A stretch of 32,000 bases of DNA from the NCBI RefSeq assembly GCF_900187275.1, contig NZ_LT906458.1:930001-962000 (forward strand), given 5' to 3'. The notes below the pieces were generated by a model that did no database searches, was not told the origin of the DNA, and saw nothing but the letters and a program-made list of their open reading frames with translations. Origin of the DNA: Pasteurella multocida (GTDB lineage Bacteria > Pseudomonadota > Gammaproteobacteria > Enterobacterales > Pasteurellaceae). A program made the translations under genes and the position numbers. Below, one piece after another: positions 8,545-19,442 of the stretch (position 1 is its first letter; each line of letters starts with the position of its first letter).

Positions 8545-9627
8545 ATGTCAAAGGTTTTTAATTTTAGCGCCGGCCCTGCCATGATGCCTGAAGCAGTCTT
8601 AGCGCAAGCACAAGCGGAGCTTTTAAACTGGCAAGAACAACAGACTTCTGTCATGGAAGTCAGCCATCGTGGTAAATTATTTATGGCATTAGCAAGCCAA
8701 TCTGAGTTAGATTTACGCCAGCTTTATCAGATCCCAGACAATTACCGCATCCTTTTCTTACAAGGTGGTGCTCGCGGGCAATTTGCTGCGATTCCAATGA
8801 ATTTATTAAAAGAAAAAGGCAAAGCCTTATATTTGACCAGTGGGCATTGGTCTGCCACCGCAGCCAAAGAAGCGCGCTTATTTGGTGACATTGATGAAGT
8901 CAATATTCTGGAAGAAGGCAACGAACTCAAGATCGGTCAGTTAGATTTTAGTCATATTGCCGACCAATATGATTATGTTCACTACTGCCCAAATGAAACG
9001 ATCAGTGGCGTAGAAATCTTTGATCTGCCAAAAGTGGGGAACGCTGTCTTAGTGGCAGATATGTCTTCCAATATTCTCTCACGCAAAATTGATATCAGCC
9101 AATTCGGCTTAATTTATGCGGGCGCACAAAAAAATCTTGGTCCAGCAGGAATTACTCTAGTCATTGTACGCGAAGATTTAATTGGTCATGCACGCCGAAC
9201 TACACCAACAATTTGGAATTACGAAATACAAAGTAAAGCTGACTCAATGATTAATACGCCACCCACCTTTGCTTGGTATTTATGTGCTTTAGTCTTCAAG
9301 CATCTTCTATCCCTTGGTGGGATCGAGGAAATCGAAAAACGTAATCAGGCAAAAGCACAACTGCTTTACGATTATTTAGAGAGTACACCGTTTTACCGTA
9401 ATCCAGTTGCCAAAGTAAACCGCTCACGCATGAATGTGACCTTTACTACCGATAATGATGAACTGAATGCAAAATTCGTTGCTGAAGCAACGGCTGCGGG
9501 ATTGCATGCCTTAAAAGGACATAAAGTGTTAGGTGGCATGCGCGCGTCAATCTATAACGCAATGCCGATGGAAGGAGTGCAAGCTTTAATTGCCTTCATG
9601 AAACAATTTGAAGCTGAAAACCGTTAA
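8545..9627 (+). CDS. serC: Phosphoserine aminotransferase
   Basis: FSAGPAMMP N-terminal motif and PLP-lysine context GAQKNLGPAG. I prefer the ATG at 8545 (SD AAGGAAG 5 nt upstream) over the track's GTG at 8539. Confidence 0.92.
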   Translation: MSKVFNFSAGPAMMPEAVLAQAQAELLNWQEQQTSVMEVSHRGKLFMALASQSELDLRQLYQIPDNYRILFLQGGARGQFAAIPMNLLKEKGKALYLTSGHWSATAAKEARLFGDIDEVNILEEGNELKIGQLDFSHIADQYDYVHYCPNETISGVEIFDLPKVGNAVLVADMSSNILSRKIDISQFGLIYAGAQKNLGPAGITLVIVREDLIGHARRTTPTIWNYEIQSKADSMINTPPTFAWYLCALVFKHLLSLGGIEEIEKRNQAKAQLLYDYLESTPFYRNPVAKVNRSRMNVTFTTDNDELNAKFVAEATAAGLHALKGHKVLGGMRASIYNAMPMEGVQALIAFMKQFEAENR

Positions 9628-9636
9628 AAGTGCGGT
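9628..9636 (+). repeat. DNA uptake signal sequence core (Hin-type)
   Basis: Exact AAGTGCGGT immediately after the serC stop, followed by a T-rich tract. Confidence 0.8.
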
Positions 9637-9690
9637 TTGTTTTCGCCAAATTTTACAACACAGTAAATATAAAAATAATAAAGGAACACT

Positions 9691-10788
9691 ATGCAATACA
9701 TCAACATCGTTAACGAAGGGGTGAAACAGCTTCACCCTTATCAAGCTGGAAAACCGATTGAAGAGTTAGAACGAGAGCTAGGAATTACCAATATCATTAA
9801 GTTAGCATCCAATGAAAATCCATTTGGTCTGCCTGACAGTGCTAAACAAGCGATTTTAGCGGAATTGGATAATCTGACGCGCTACCCTGACAGTAATGGC
9901 TTTTACTTTAAACAAACGGTCGCAAAAAAATTTGGCTTATCTCCTGAACAAATTACCTTAGGCAATGGTTCAAATGATTTATTAGAGTTAGTCGCGCATA
10001 CCTTTGCTAACGAACAAGATGAAATTCTCTTTTCACAATATGCCTTTATTGTGTATCCCCTTGTTACACAAGCTATCAATGCCAAAAAAGTGGAAATTCC
10101 AGCGAAAAATTATGGGGCTGATTTAGACGGTTTTTTACAGGCAATAAGTGATAAAACCAAATTAATTTATCTCGCGAATCCCAATAATCCGACAGGCACT
10201 TTTTTAAGTGCGGGTGAGATTTCCCAATTTTTAAATCAAGTGCCCGCGCATGTCATCGTGGTATTAGATGAGGCTTATACTGAATTTACCTTGCCGGAAG
10301 AACGAGTAGATTCCTTTACGTTACTCAAAAAACACCCTAATCTTGTGATTTGTCGTACCCTTTCTAAAGCCTATGGTTTAGCGGGTTTGCGCATTGGTTA
10401 CGCGGTTTCTTCTGCCGAGATTGCTGACCTCTTTAATCGCGTTCGCCAACCGTTTAACTGTAATAGTCTGGCATTAGCCGCTGCTACCGCGGTGCTGAAT
10501 GATGATGCATTTATTGCGAAAGTGGCTGAAAACAACCGACAAGGGTTGAAGTTATTAGAAGACTTCTTTACAGCCAAAGGTTTGAACTATATTCCTTCAA
10601 AAGGCAATTTTGTCATGTTAGATGTCAATCAACCAGCCTTACCAATTTATCAGGCATTATTACAAAAAGGCGTGATTGTGCGTCCGATTGCAGGTTATGG
10701 CCTACCAAATCATTTACGGATTAGCATCGGTTTACCAGAAGAAAACCAACGTTTCTTACTCGCATTAAGCGAAGTATTAGGGCTTTAA
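9691..10788 (+). CDS. hisC: Histidinol-phosphate aminotransferase (class II aminotransferase)
   Basis: 365 aa. Motifs LASNENP, NPNNPTG and PLP-lysine SKAYGLAGLRIGY. I recall the serC-hisC-aroA order as typical of Pasteurellaceae. Confidence 0.88.
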   Translation: MQYINIVNEGVKQLHPYQAGKPIEELERELGITNIIKLASNENPFGLPDSAKQAILAELDNLTRYPDSNGFYFKQTVAKKFGLSPEQITLGNGSNDLLELVAHTFANEQDEILFSQYAFIVYPLVTQAINAKKVEIPAKNYGADLDGFLQAISDKTKLIYLANPNNPTGTFLSAGEISQFLNQVPAHVIVVLDEAYTEFTLPEERVDSFTLLKKHPNLVICRTLSKAYGLAGLRIGYAVSSAEIADLFNRVRQPFNCNSLALAAATAVLNDDAFIAKVAENNRQGLKLLEDFFTAKGLNYIPSKGNFVMLDVNQPALPIYQALLQKGVIVRPIAGYGLPNHLRISIGLPEENQRFLLALSEVLGL

Positions 10789-10822
10789 CCCAAACTTATC
10801 CAGTGTATAGGAAATATAAATC

Positions 10823-12145
10823 GTGATAAAAGATGCGACCGCTATTACTCTCAATCCCATCAGCTATATTGAAGGTGAAGTGCGTTTACCGGGCTCCAAA
10901 AGCTTATCCAATCGCGCACTCTTACTTTCCGCATTAGCTAAAGGAAAAACAACATTAACCAATCTGTTAGACAGTGATGATGTGCGCCATATGTTAAATG
11001 CGTTAAAAGAACTTGGTGTGACTTATCAACTGTCAGAAGACAAATCCGTCTGTGAAATTGAAGGTTTAGGACGTGCTTTTGAATGGCAAAGTGGCTTAGC
11101 TTTATTTTTGGGCAATGCAGGGACTGCGATGCGTCCCTTGACTGCCGCGCTTTGTTTATCAACACCGAACAAGGAAGGCAAAAATGAAATAGTCTTGACT
11201 GGTGAACCTCGTATGAAAGAACGCCCAATACAACATTTAGTTGATGCATTATGTCAAGCTGGCGCAGAAATTCAGTATTTAGAACAAGAAGGTTACCCAC
11301 CTATCGCCATTCGAAATACCGGACTCAAAGGCGGACGAGTACAAATTGATGGGTCAGTTTCTTCTCAATTTTTGACCGCACTTTTAATGGCTGCCCCGAT
11401 GGCAGAGGCGGATACGGAAATTGAAATCATCGGTGAGCTGGTTTCCAAACCTTACATTGATATCACCCTTAAGATGATGCAAACCTTTGGCGTTGAAGTT
11501 GAAAACCAAGCCTATCAACGCTTTTTGGTGAAAGGTCATCAGCAATACCAATCACCACACAGGTTTCTAGTAGAAGGCGATGCCTCTTCTGCTTCTTATT
11601 TTCTTGCCGCGGCAGCAATCAAGGGAAAAGTAAAAGTCACAGGCGTCGGTAAAAATAGCATTCAAGGGGATCGTCTGTTTGCGGATGTGCTAGAAAAAAT
11701 GGGGGCGCATATCACTTGGGGCGACGATTTTATTCAAGTGGAAAAAGGCAACCTCAAAGGCATCGATATGGATATGAACCATATTCCCGATGCGGCAATG
11801 ACCATTGCCACCACAGCGCTTTTTGCAGAAGGTGAAACGGTCATTCGTAATATTTATAACTGGCGCGTAAAAGAAACTGATCGCTTGACCGCGATGGCGA
11901 CCGAACTGCGTAAGGTGGGGGCGGAAGTGGAAGAAGGCGAAGATTTTATTCGTATCCAGCCATTGAATCTGGCGCAATTTCAACATGCTGAAATTGAAAC
12001 ATACAATGATCACCGCATGGCGATGTGCTTTGCTTTAATCGCATTGTCCCAAACGTCGGTCACGATTTTAGACCCGAGCTGTACCGCAAAAACGTTTCCT
12101 ACATTTTTTGATACTTTTTTGAGATTAACACACGCAGAAAGTTAG
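10823..12145 (+). CDS. aroA: 3-phosphoshikimate 1-carboxyvinyltransferase (EPSP synthase)
   Basis: [25 protein letters not shown] and NHIPDAAMT motifs; near-collinear with the recalled H. influenzae AroA. GTG start (no in-frame ATG nearby). Confidence 0.93.
   Translation: MIKDATAITLNPISYIEGEVRLPGSKSLSNRALLLSALAKGKTTLTNLLDSDDVRHMLNALKELGVTYQLSEDKSVCEIEGLGRAFEWQSGLALFLGNAGTAMRPLTAALCLSTPNKEGKNEIVLTGEPRMKERPIQHLVDALCQAGAEIQYLEQEGYPPIAIRNTGLKGGRVQIDGSVSSQFLTALLMAAPMAEADTEIEIIGELVSKPYIDITLKMMQTFGVEVENQAYQRFLVKGHQQYQSPHRFLVEGDASSASYFLAAAAIKGKVKVTGVGKNSIQGDRLFADVLEKMGAHITWGDDFIQVEKGNLKGIDMDMNHIPDAAMTIATTALFAEGETVIRNIYNWRVKETDRLTAMATELRKVGAEVEEGEDFIRIQPLNLAQFQHAEIETYNDHRMAMCFALIALSQTSVTILDPSCTAKTFPTFFDTFLRLTHAES
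11375..11383 (-). repeat. DNA uptake signal sequence core (Hin-type)
   Basis: Exact ACCGCACTT inside aroA. Confidence 0.75.
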
Positions 12146-12165
12146 CCTACAGATAGATACTAAGC

Positions 12166-12199
12166 AAAAAGCGAAGTATTTTGTAATACTTCGCTTTTT
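12166..12199. terminator. Bidirectional terminator between convergent aroA and ubiG
   Basis: aaaaaGCGAAGTATT-ttgt-AATACTTCGCttttt: 10-bp stem with an A-run and a T-run. Confidence 0.8.
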
Positions 12200-12238
12200 A
12201 AGTGACGAATCGGGTCTGAGATAATGCAAGAAAACACC

Positions 12239-12967
12239 TTAAGACTGAATCCGAAAACTCGCCATATAATTTGCGCTGACATCTTTATTGAGCCAGAATT
12301 TACCCGCCAATGGATTGTAATGATAGCCTACCATATCTAAACAGGTTAATTGTGCTTCATCACACCAATGAAGCAATTCCGCTGGCTTAATAAATTTGTC
12401 GTAATCGTGCGTCCCTTTCGGCAACATTTTCAACACATATTCCGCCCCAATAATCACCAATGCCCAGGCTTTAAGGGTTCGATTAATGGTGGAGAAAAAA
12501 ATCACCCCGTTTGGTTTTAATAATTGCTTACAACAGGCAATAATCGAACTCGGGTCAGGCACATGCTCAAGCATTTCCATGCAAGTAATCACATCAAACT
12601 TTTCGTCCTCCCCTCTTTCAGCAAAAAGTGCGGTCTGATTTTGCAAAAATTCCTCAATCGTAATTTGTTGATAATCAATGTGTAGCCCGCTTTCTAAAGC
12701 ATGTTTTCTTGCCACTTGTAATGGGGCAGAAGACATATCAATCCCCGTCACAATTGCGCCTTGCTTTGCCATGCTTTCTGACAAAATGCCACCGCCACAG
12801 CCCACATCCAGCACTTTTTTCCCCGTTAGCCCGTTGGCTTGCTGTGCAATATAGCTTAAACGTAACGGATTAAGTTGATGAATCGGTTTGAAATCCCCTT
12901 GCGGATCCCACCAGCTTTTTGCCATTTTCTCAAACTTATCAAGTTCTTGTTGATCAATATTTTGCAT
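12239..12967 (-). CDS. ubiG: Bifunctional 3-demethylubiquinone / 2-polyprenyl-6-hydroxyphenol O-methyltransferase
   Basis: SAM-binding motif [13 protein letters not shown]. Start set at the internal Met ([12 protein letters not shown]) by comparison with UbiG N-termini. Divergent from gyrA, as in E. coli. Confidence 0.88.
   Translation of the reverse strand: MQNIDQQELDKFEKMAKSWWDPQGDFKPIHQLNPLRLSYIAQQANGLTGKKVLDVGCGGGILSESMAKQGAIVTGIDMSSAPLQVARKHALESGLHIDYQQITIEEFLQNQTALFAERGEDEKFDVITCMEMLEHVPDPSSIIACCKQLLKPNGVIFFSTINRTLKAWALVIIGAEYVLKMLPKGTHDYDKFIKPAELLHWCDEAQLTCLDMVGYHYNPLAGKFWLNKDVSANYMASFRIQS
12626..12634 (+). repeat. DNA uptake signal sequence core (Hin-type)
   Basis: Exact AAGTGCGGT followed by ctgatttt. 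Confidence 0.8.
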
Positions 12968-13063
12968 GAAATTTCTTCTTATGATTTTGAATAGAAACAA
13001 TACGTTATTATTCCCCAAATCAGGCAAAATTTCACTATAAAATTAGGGTAACACTAGATTTTA

Positions 13064-13072
13064 TGCTATAAT
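13064..13072 (+). promoter_or_regulatory. Candidate extended -10 promoter element of gyrA (TGcTATAAT)
   Basis: TGCTATAAT lies 48 nt upstream of the gyrA ATG. No good -35 is present, which is consistent with an extended -10 promoter. Confidence 0.45.
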
Positions 13073-13119
13073 TCCGTCAATTTTTTGATTAATCAAACTC
13101 AATGATTAGGAAGTTTTCA

Positions 13120-15801
13120 ATGACCGATTTAGTCCAAGATACTATGCATCAAGATATTAGCCCAATCAGTATTGAAGAAGAGCTGAAATCCTCATATCTC
13201 GATTATGCCATGTCCGTCATCGTAGGGCGTGCATTACCCGATGTACGCGATGGTTTGAAACCCGTCCATCGCCGCGTATTATTTGCGATGCACGAAGGCG
13301 GGAATGCCTATAACAAACCTTATCGTAAATCCGCTCGTATCGTAGGGGATGTAATCGGTAAGTATCACCCTCATGGTGATAGCGCGGTCTATGACACACT
13401 CGTGCGCATGGCTCAGCCGTTTTCATTACGTTATATGTTAGTAGATGGGCAAGGTAACTTCGGTTCAATTGATGGCGATGCTGCCGCGGCAATGCGTTAT
13501 ACTGAAGCCCGTATGACTAAAATCGCCCATGAATTATTAGCGGATCTTGATAAAGAAACTGTCAATTTTGTGCCTAACTACGATGGCTCTGAACAAATTC
13601 CTGAAGTCCTCCCAACTAAAGTCCCTGCGCTTTTAGTCAACGGTTCTTCCGGTATTGCAGTCGGTATGGCAACTAATATTCCCCCTCATAACTTAGGCGA
13701 AGTGTTAGACGGTTGCTTAGCGTATATCGAAAACAACGAGATCAGCATTGATGAGTTAATGACTTATATTCCAGGTCCAGACTTCCCAACCGCCGCATTA
13801 ATCAATGGTCGCAAAGGGATTGAAGAAGCCTATAAAACAGGACGTGGTAAAATTTATGTACGTGCCAAAGCTGAAGTGGAAACCGATGAAAAAGGCGGTG
13901 AAACCATTGTGGTGCATGAAATTCCTTATCAAGTCAACAAAGCCAAATTAATTGAAAAAATTGCTGATCTCGTAAAAGAGAAAAAAGTCGAAGGCATTAG
14001 CGCAATCACGGATTTATCTGACAAAGACGGGATGCGTATTGAAATTAAAATCAAACGTGATGCCGTGGGCGAAGTGGTTCTCAACAACTTGTATGCCTTG
14101 ACCCAATTGCAAGTCACTTTTGGCATTAACATCGTTGCCCTCGATAAAGGTCAACCCAAACTGCTCAATTTAAAACAATTAATTGAAGCTTTCGTGTTAC
14201 ACCGTCGTGAAGTAGTCACACGCCGTACCGTTTATGAATTGCGCAAAGCACGTGAGCGTGCCCATATTTTAGAAGGCTTAGCCATTGCTCTCGCCAATGT
14301 AGATCCGATTATTGAATTAATCCGCAATGCGCCAAATCCTGAAAGTGCCAAACGTGCATTATTAGCGCAAGCATGGGAGCTTGGTCATGTATCACAAATG
14401 CTTGCTGCCACAGGGGTTGATGCGGCACGTCCTGAAGATCTAGAAGAACAATACGGTATTCGTGATGGCATGTATTATCTGACCGAAGTTCAAGCGCAAG
14501 CGATTTTAGATTTACGTTTACAAAAACTGACTAACTTAGGTCATGATGAAATTCTTGATGAGTACAAAAAACTCCTCGATGTGATCGGCGAATTATTACA
14601 TATCTTACGTAGCCCTGAGCGCTTAATGGAAGTGATTCGTGAAGAATTAGAACAAATTCGCGAACAGTTTAATGATCCACGTCGTACAGAAATTACTGCG
14701 AGCTCTGCTGATATCAATCTTGAAGACCTCATTGCCCAAGAAGATGTGGTGGTTACCCTTTCACATGAAGGTTACGTCAAATATCAACCCCTTACTGACT
14801 ACGAAGCACAACGTCGTGGTGGTAAAGGGAAATCCGCAGCCAAAACCAAAGAAGAAGATTTCATTGAGCGTCTTTTAGTGGCAAACACCCATGACACCAT
14901 TCTCTGTTTCTCGAGTCGTGGACGCTTATATTGGTTAAAAGTGTATCAACTCCCACAAGCTAGCCGTGGTGCACGTGGCAGACCGATCGTCAATATTCTT
15001 CCATTAGATGAAAATGAACGTATTACCGCGATTCTACCTGTCACTGCTTATGAAGAGGACAAATTTGTCGTGATGGCAACTGCCGGCGGTATCGTGAAAA
15101 AGATTGCCTTAACTGAATTCAGTCGTCCTCGTTCAACAGGCATTATTGCACTCAACTTGCGTGATGAAGACGAACTTATCGGTGTGGATATCACCGATGG
15201 TCAAAATGAAATCATGCTCTTCTCCGCACAAGGACGTGTAGTTCGCTTTAGTGAAAATGCTGTGCGTGCCATGGGGCGTGCAGCAACAGGTGTACGCGGT
15301 ATTAAACTGGCGTTAACGAATGATTTGTCGGATGATGAAAGTGCGGTCGATATGGAAGAGATCTCTGATGAGAATACTAATGATGCCTTGGATCTCAATA
15401 TTGATAAAGTCGTGTCACTTGTTATTCCAAAAAATGAAGGCGCCATTTTAACCGCCACACAAAACGGTTATGGTAAACGTACTGAATTAGCGGAATACCC
15501 AACTAAATCACGTAACACCAAAGGCGTGATCTCGATTAAAGTGAGTGAGCGTAACGGTAAAGTCGTTGCAGCAACACAAGTTGAGGAAAGCGATCAAATT
15601 ATGCTCATTACTGATGCCGGTACGCTAGTACGTACTCGCGTAAACGAAATCAATATTATCGGTCGAAATACACAAGGAGTACGTCTCATCCGAACAAGTG
15701 AAAGTGAAACACTGGTTGGATTACAACGCGTTTGTGATGTCGATGAAGAAGACATTGAGAGTGATGCGAGCGAAAGTGCGGTCGAAAGCGCAGAAAGTTA
15801 A
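13120..15801 (+). CDS. gyrA: DNA gyrase subunit A
   Basis: Collinear with E. coli GyrA from [35 protein letters not shown] onward. Start taken at MTDLVQ (SD AGGAAG) rather than the track's upstream Met. QRDR reads [10 protein letters not shown] (wild type). Confidence 0.97.
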   Translation: MTDLVQDTMHQDISPISIEEELKSSYLDYAMSVIVGRALPDVRDGLKPVHRRVLFAMHEGGNAYNKPYRKSARIVGDVIGKYHPHGDSAVYDTLVRMAQPFSLRYMLVDGQGNFGSIDGDAAAAMRYTEARMTKIAHELLADLDKETVNFVPNYDGSEQIPEVLPTKVPALLVNGSSGIAVGMATNIPPHNLGEVLDGCLAYIENNEISIDELMTYIPGPDFPTAALINGRKGIEEAYKTGRGKIYVRAKAEVETDEKGGETIVVHEIPYQVNKAKLIEKIADLVKEKKVEGISAITDLSDKDGMRIEIKIKRDAVGEVVLNNLYALTQLQVTFGINIVALDKGQPKLLNLKQLIEAFVLHRREVVTRRTVYELRKARERAHILEGLAIALANVDPIIELIRNAPNPESAKRALLAQAWELGHVSQMLAATGVDAARPEDLEEQYGIRDGMYYLTEVQAQAILDLRLQKLTNLGHDEILDEYKKLLDVIGELLHILRSPERLMEVIREELEQIREQFNDPRRTEITASSADINLEDLIAQEDVVVTLSHEGYVKYQPLTDYEAQRRGGKGKSAAKTKEEDFIERLLVANTHDTILCFSSRGRLYWLKVYQLPQASRGARGRPIVNILPLDENERITAILPVTAYEEDKFVVMATAGGIVKKIALTEFSRPRSTGIIALNLRDEDELIGVDITDGQNEIMLFSAQGRVVRFSENAVRAMGRAATGVRGIKLALTNDLSDDESAVDMEEISDENTNDALDLNIDKVVSLVIPKNEGAILTATQNGYGKRTELAEYPTKSRNTKGVISIKVSERNGKVVAATQVEESDQIMLITDAGTLVRTRVNEINIIGRNTQGVRLIRTSESETLVGLQRVCDVDEEDIESDASESAVESAES
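15339..15347 (+). repeat. DNA uptake signal sequence core (Hin-type)
   Basis: Exact 9-mer inside the acidic insertion of the GyrA C-terminal domain (encodes E-S-A-V). Confidence 0.8.
15774..15782 (+). repeat. DNA uptake signal sequence core (Hin-type)
   Basis: Exact 9-mer inside the acidic C-terminal tail of GyrA (again encodes E-S-A-V). Confidence 0.8.
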
Positions 15802-15830
15802 ATTCATTCACTAAATACGATATTATTTTA

Positions 15831-15859
15831 AAGCAGTAGCCTCGCTACTGCTTTCTTTA
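15831..15859 (+). terminator. Rho-independent terminator of gyrA
   Basis: AAGCAGTAGC-ctc-GCTACTGCTT followed by tctttat. Confidence 0.75.
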
Positions 15860-15876
15860 TCTTAGGAAAAAAATCG

Positions 15877-16245
15877 ATGGCATATTATCTTATTTATCTA
15901 CACATTGCCTGTGCCTTTCTCAGCCTCAGTCTATTTATTATCCGTGGCATGATGCAATTAACAGGCAAAAATTGGCGAGACAGAAAAGTATTAAAAATCT
16001 TACCGCACTTAAGTGATACGCTGTTGTTCTGTTCGGGAATTGGGCTATTTCTTCTTTTTCAGCAAAATGTAACAACATGGTTCATTTACAAAATGCTCTT
16101 TATCGCCCTTTATATTGCCGTTGCTACTATTTTCTTTAGCCGAAAAAGGCTAACACCACCTTTCAGCCAAAAGAAAAATCGCTTCTACTTTATTACGGCA
16201 CTCATCTTCTTTCTCAGTACCATGGTTATTGCTTATTTGAAATAA
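15877..16245 (+). CDS. SirB2/YchQ-family small inner-membrane protein
   Basis: 122 aa, 4 predicted TM segments. The motif R....L.ILPH..DT.L resembles the recalled E. coli YchQ (SirB2). Confidence 0.6.
   Translation: MAYYLIYLHIACAFLSLSLFIIRGMMQLTGKNWRDRKVLKILPHLSDTLLFCSGIGLFLLFQQNVTTWFIYKMLFIALYIAVATIFFSRKRLTPPFSQKKNRFYFITALIFFLSTMVIAYLK
16002..16010 (-). repeat. DNA uptake signal sequence core (Hin-type)
   Basis: Exact ACCGCACTT. This is the last USS before the tad locus. Confidence 0.75.
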
Positions 16246-16410
16246 CATCTATATCCCAATCAATCGCGCAAAATAGCTTAGTTTGTTCGACTAAGCCTCT
16301 ATGCCTTGAGCGTTTTAATTCTTATTGTTGTCTATTCTGTATTATTCACGAAAAAGTTATGTTATGTAATGAATTAAAATCACCAGTAGATAAAATTTGA
16401 AAAACACATA

Positions 16411-16444
16411 AAAAAATCTCTTAGCCTGTGCTAAGAGATTTTTT
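16411..16444. terminator. Terminator downstream of tadG (end of the tad operon); symmetrical, so potentially bidirectional
   Basis: aaaaaATCTCTTAGC-ctgt-GCTAAGAGATttttt, 20 nt after the tadG stop. Confidence 0.8.
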
Positions 16445-16464
16445 AGCGTTATCCTTGGACAATC

Positions 16465-18228
16465 TTAAAATTTCGGTTTATGAGATGAAGAACGCCCCAC
16501 CTCTTCTTCAAATCCAATAATTTGTTTGAAACTATCTAACAACTCTTCTTTCGAATAAGCCGTATAATATTGATCACCTACACATTTTTTCCAAGCGGCA
16601 ACTTGGTTTGCTGGTGGACTATAGCCAAACGCAACAAACGCAATTCTTCCTGGTAGCTCTCGTAAATTTGGATCTTGTAACTTGCCCAATTGTTCTCGAA
16701 TTTTGTCACACATACCATTGTTTAAAAGAGTCGTTAATGTACTATAAGTTGGCCAGTTATCTTCACCATCAGATAATACTAAGATAACACGTTGAATATT
16801 TGTCCCGAGTTTCGAAGGTTGCGCATCAGGATTCTTATTCTCGTCCATCATGATATTAGCTCCAACAAGAAGCCCCGAAGATGCAGAAGTCCAACCAGAA
16901 GGACGAACAATATTCAACTCTCTTGTAATATCTTTATTTTTTTGATCAAACCAAGCTCGAGTTGTTCTTCTACCAATATTTCCGCCAAGACACCGTTCTT
17001 CATCAGTAAACACCATATCATAACGTCTGTTTGAACCATCAAACTGGGAAATTTGGTCAATCGTCCCACTTACATCTATATAAGTATTAAATAATTCTCT
17101 AATTGTCGTCCAGTCATTAATTTTTAGTGCATAATCCATAATTTTCTTAGGATTTGCATCAATTTGACAAGTTCTAGAGCTCCCTGAGCCTCTACAAGTT
17201 GAAGAATGGAATTTGTCATAATAGCCTTTATAATGCTCCTGGAAAGACACTGTACTTCTCTCCCATCTCCCAGCATTAAATTTCCAAGGTGTATTATTAC
17301 CCGTAATCCAATAACGAATAGTTAATTTTCGAGAAGTTTGTGATATTTTTCCTTCATATGGAAGCACACAGCCTTCAGTGACATCCCGTTGTCTAACACC
17401 GCCAGAAAAAGTCGTAAAGCCAATACGGTTGAAAGGGCTCACACCTTCGCTAACATCTTCTGGCAATAAAATTTTCGAAATTTCACTAACCACTTCTCTT
17501 AAAATAGTAATTTTAGCTTTTCCTAGAGATCTACCGTTTTTATCCTGTAAATGACTATTCATCGAACCAGAATAATCCGAAACAAGCATTAGCTCCACAG
17601 GAATCACGATGCCTTTTTCTTTAATCGCATAACTGGTATCGGATTCCAGTCTAACTCGATCTTTTTTCAGTTTATCTTCACTAACTAACGATTCACTGAC
17701 AGGAAGCCAAAATTTACGATTGACGCCACCTTGCACTTCACAAACAATAGGTTTACGACGTGCATACTCATTAGCTGTAGGTAAATCTAACTCCTCACAT
17801 GAATAATGAAAAGGTTTATCAATAGTGATTGGTGCATCAGATGAAGCATTCGCATTTTCTGAACGTAAATAAAGTTTGGCAATACCCTGGATAAGCTCTT
17901 GATTACGCTTTTCTTGTTTCGCCATAAATTCATTACCACCAAATTTTGCTTTGTCTTGAGGCGATACTACTTGCCGATTAACATCACCATGTTTTTTATT
18001 TTCTCGGTAGTCATTGTTTTCAGCAACCAAAGCTAAAGCAGCTTGATCCATTCCTTGAGCTAAACGTGCTTTATCAAGCACAACCCCAGTTCCATCAACC
18101 GTAAATCCAATCAAAACTAATAATGGAAATGCTAGTAATGCAGTCATTACTGTATAAACACCTAGCTCATTCTCATAAAATTTTCTGACTGAATCATAGC
18201 AAGAACGAATTAAATAAAGTTTTTTCAT
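16465..18228 (-). CDS. tadG: TadG, membrane-anchored pilus-associated protein with a von Willebrand A-like domain
   Basis: 587 aa. N-terminal hydrophobic anchor (VMTALLAFPLLVLIGF). MIDAS-like DYSGSMNS. Last gene of the locus. Confidence 0.8.
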   Translation of the reverse strand: MKKLYLIRSCYDSVRKFYENELGVYTVMTALLAFPLLVLIGFTVDGTGVVLDKARLAQGMDQAALALVAENNDYRENKKHGDVNRQVVSPQDKAKFGGNEFMAKQEKRNQELIQGIAKLYLRSENANASSDAPITIDKPFHYSCEELDLPTANEYARRKPIVCEVQGGVNRKFWLPVSESLVSEDKLKKDRVRLESDTSYAIKEKGIVIPVELMLVSDYSGSMNSHLQDKNGRSLGKAKITILREVVSEISKILLPEDVSEGVSPFNRIGFTTFSGGVRQRDVTEGCVLPYEGKISQTSRKLTIRYWITGNNTPWKFNAGRWERSTVSFQEHYKGYYDKFHSSTCRGSGSSRTCQIDANPKKIMDYALKINDWTTIRELFNTYIDVSGTIDQISQFDGSNRRYDMVFTDEERCLGGNIGRRTTRAWFDQKNKDITRELNIVRPSGWTSASSGLLVGANIMMDENKNPDAQPSKLGTNIQRVILVLSDGEDNWPTYSTLTTLLNNGMCDKIREQLGKLQDPNLRELPGRIAFVAFGYSPPANQVAAWKKCVGDQYYTAYSKEELLDSFKQIIGFEEEVGRSSSHKPKF

Positions 18229-18247
18229 AAAGTTCCCTAACGATAAT

Positions 18248-18811
18248 TTATCGTGATACTGACATTGACGATGATCTAATCAGCCCCGTTGAACGCTCAG
18301 ACTTATCCAGTAATATTGTTTCAAACAAGCCCTGAGTTTCAACACAAAGAGTAATTTGATAAAGCGGTATTTTTCTTTCATTATTGAGTTCTGAGCGAGG
18401 AGATAAATAGGATAAATCAGAAAGTTTTTTGTAAGGCGTACAATCGCCAATGATATTTGGAATCCTCCGTCCAGAACCGTCTTGTGCCCAATATTCTAAA
18501 ACAACATCGATCCTTTTATTACTATTCTGATCACCATAAATCAGTTTCTTAGCAAGCTTTTCAAATTGCTTATGATCATCAATATTAATTTGTGCAACTC
18601 TATCGTACAACTGTGTACGTTCACGGAGAATACTAACTAATGTATATGAGGCATTATCTAACTTGCCTAATGTAGAACGTAACATTACTAAATCGAAGAG
18701 AAATGCAAATAGCACAATCAGAAACATTGACATAAAAAGGAACTCTATCGTCACTGCGCCCTTTTTATTTTTCCAAAAATGCTTGAATTTAACTAAACCT
18801 GACTCTTTCAT
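18248..18811 (-). CDS. tadF: TadF pseudopilin
   Basis: Prepilin-like N-terminus KKG/AVTIEFLFMSMFLIVLF. ATG at 18811 preferred; the track's longer ORF starts at a TTG (18856) that overlaps tadE. Confidence 0.7.
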   Translation of the reverse strand: MKESGLVKFKHFWKNKKGAVTIEFLFMSMFLIVLFAFLFDLVMLRSTLGKLDNASYTLVSILRERTQLYDRVAQINIDDHKQFEKLAKKLIYGDQNSNKRIDVVLEYWAQDGSGRRIPNIIGDCTPYKKLSDLSYLSPRSELNNERKIPLYQITLCVETQGLFETILLDKSERSTGLIRSSSMSVSR

Positions 18812-18839
18812 ATATAGCTCGAAATAATGAGTAAATTTT

Positions 18840-19427
18840 CTATGGATTCGTCCCAAGAGAACTTGGTTTTGCTCCTAACATAAATTGAGAACGCTCAAAT
18901 TCCTGTACAACAACAAATTCACGGTTCAGCACTACTTGAGACCAAGACTCAGGAATAAATACTAACGGCACCATAAACTTATATTTATAAGTTAAAGAAT
19001 ATTGTGCTAAAGTCGCGCGACTCCCCGTAGGAGAGATTAACTCTCCTTTATGATTTTTTTGTGGTTGGCGAAATTTATTAAGCAGAAGATTTTTAATACA
19101 TTCCGTTTCTTTATCACAATCCACATATTGGACTTTTACATCAAATTTATTATCTTCTAACAACGCCAAATATCCAATTGTCGATTCATCATGGAATTTT
19201 TTTTGCTTTGTAAGAGCTTTCCTAAATGCTTCTTCATAATTTCCAGAAATTGCTTGTTCATTCTTCGCAATTCTGACACTTTCCGTTATAGCTAAATCCC
19301 AATAAGCTGTCGCAACCGCTAATCGACAAAATTCAAAAATAAACATCACAACAAATAAATAGAACGCTATCGTCAAAGCAAATTCAATTGACGAGGTTCC
19401 TTTTATATTTGATAGAAACTTTTTCAT
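18840..19427 (-). CDS. tadE: TadE pseudopilin
   Basis: 195 aa. N-terminus NIKG/TSSIEFALTIAFYLFVV matches the Flp-type G/XXXXEF processing motif. Confidence 0.75.
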   Translation of the reverse strand: MKKFLSNIKGTSSIEFALTIAFYLFVVMFIFEFCRLAVATAYWDLAITESVRIAKNEQAISGNYEEAFRKALTKQKKFHDESTIGYLALLEDNKFDVKVQYVDCDKETECIKNLLLNKFRQPQKNHKGELISPTGSRATLAQYSLTYKYKFMVPLVFIPESWSQVVLNREFVVVQEFERSQFMLGAKPSSLGTNP

Positions 19428-19442
19428 ATCAAATCCTTAGTG

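Noticed and set aside
12968-13027. N-terminal extensions in the ORF track: ubiG to 13027, gyrA from 13102, tadF to 18856 (TTG), tadC to 21084, serC from 8539 (GTG).
   Set aside because: In each case an internal ATG has a better SD or an ATGA coupling, and gives an N-terminus matching the known family. The extensions overlap neighbouring genes or promoters.
16359-16368. 10-nt direct repeat ATGTTATGTA, also at 28486-28495, near both ends of the tad island; a possible att-like duplication.
   Set aside because: A 10-mer match between these two AT-rich segments is expected by chance (about 0.4 occurrences). The sequence is internally repetitive, and its orientation is inconsistent with the 12-bp inverted repeat forming a single unit.
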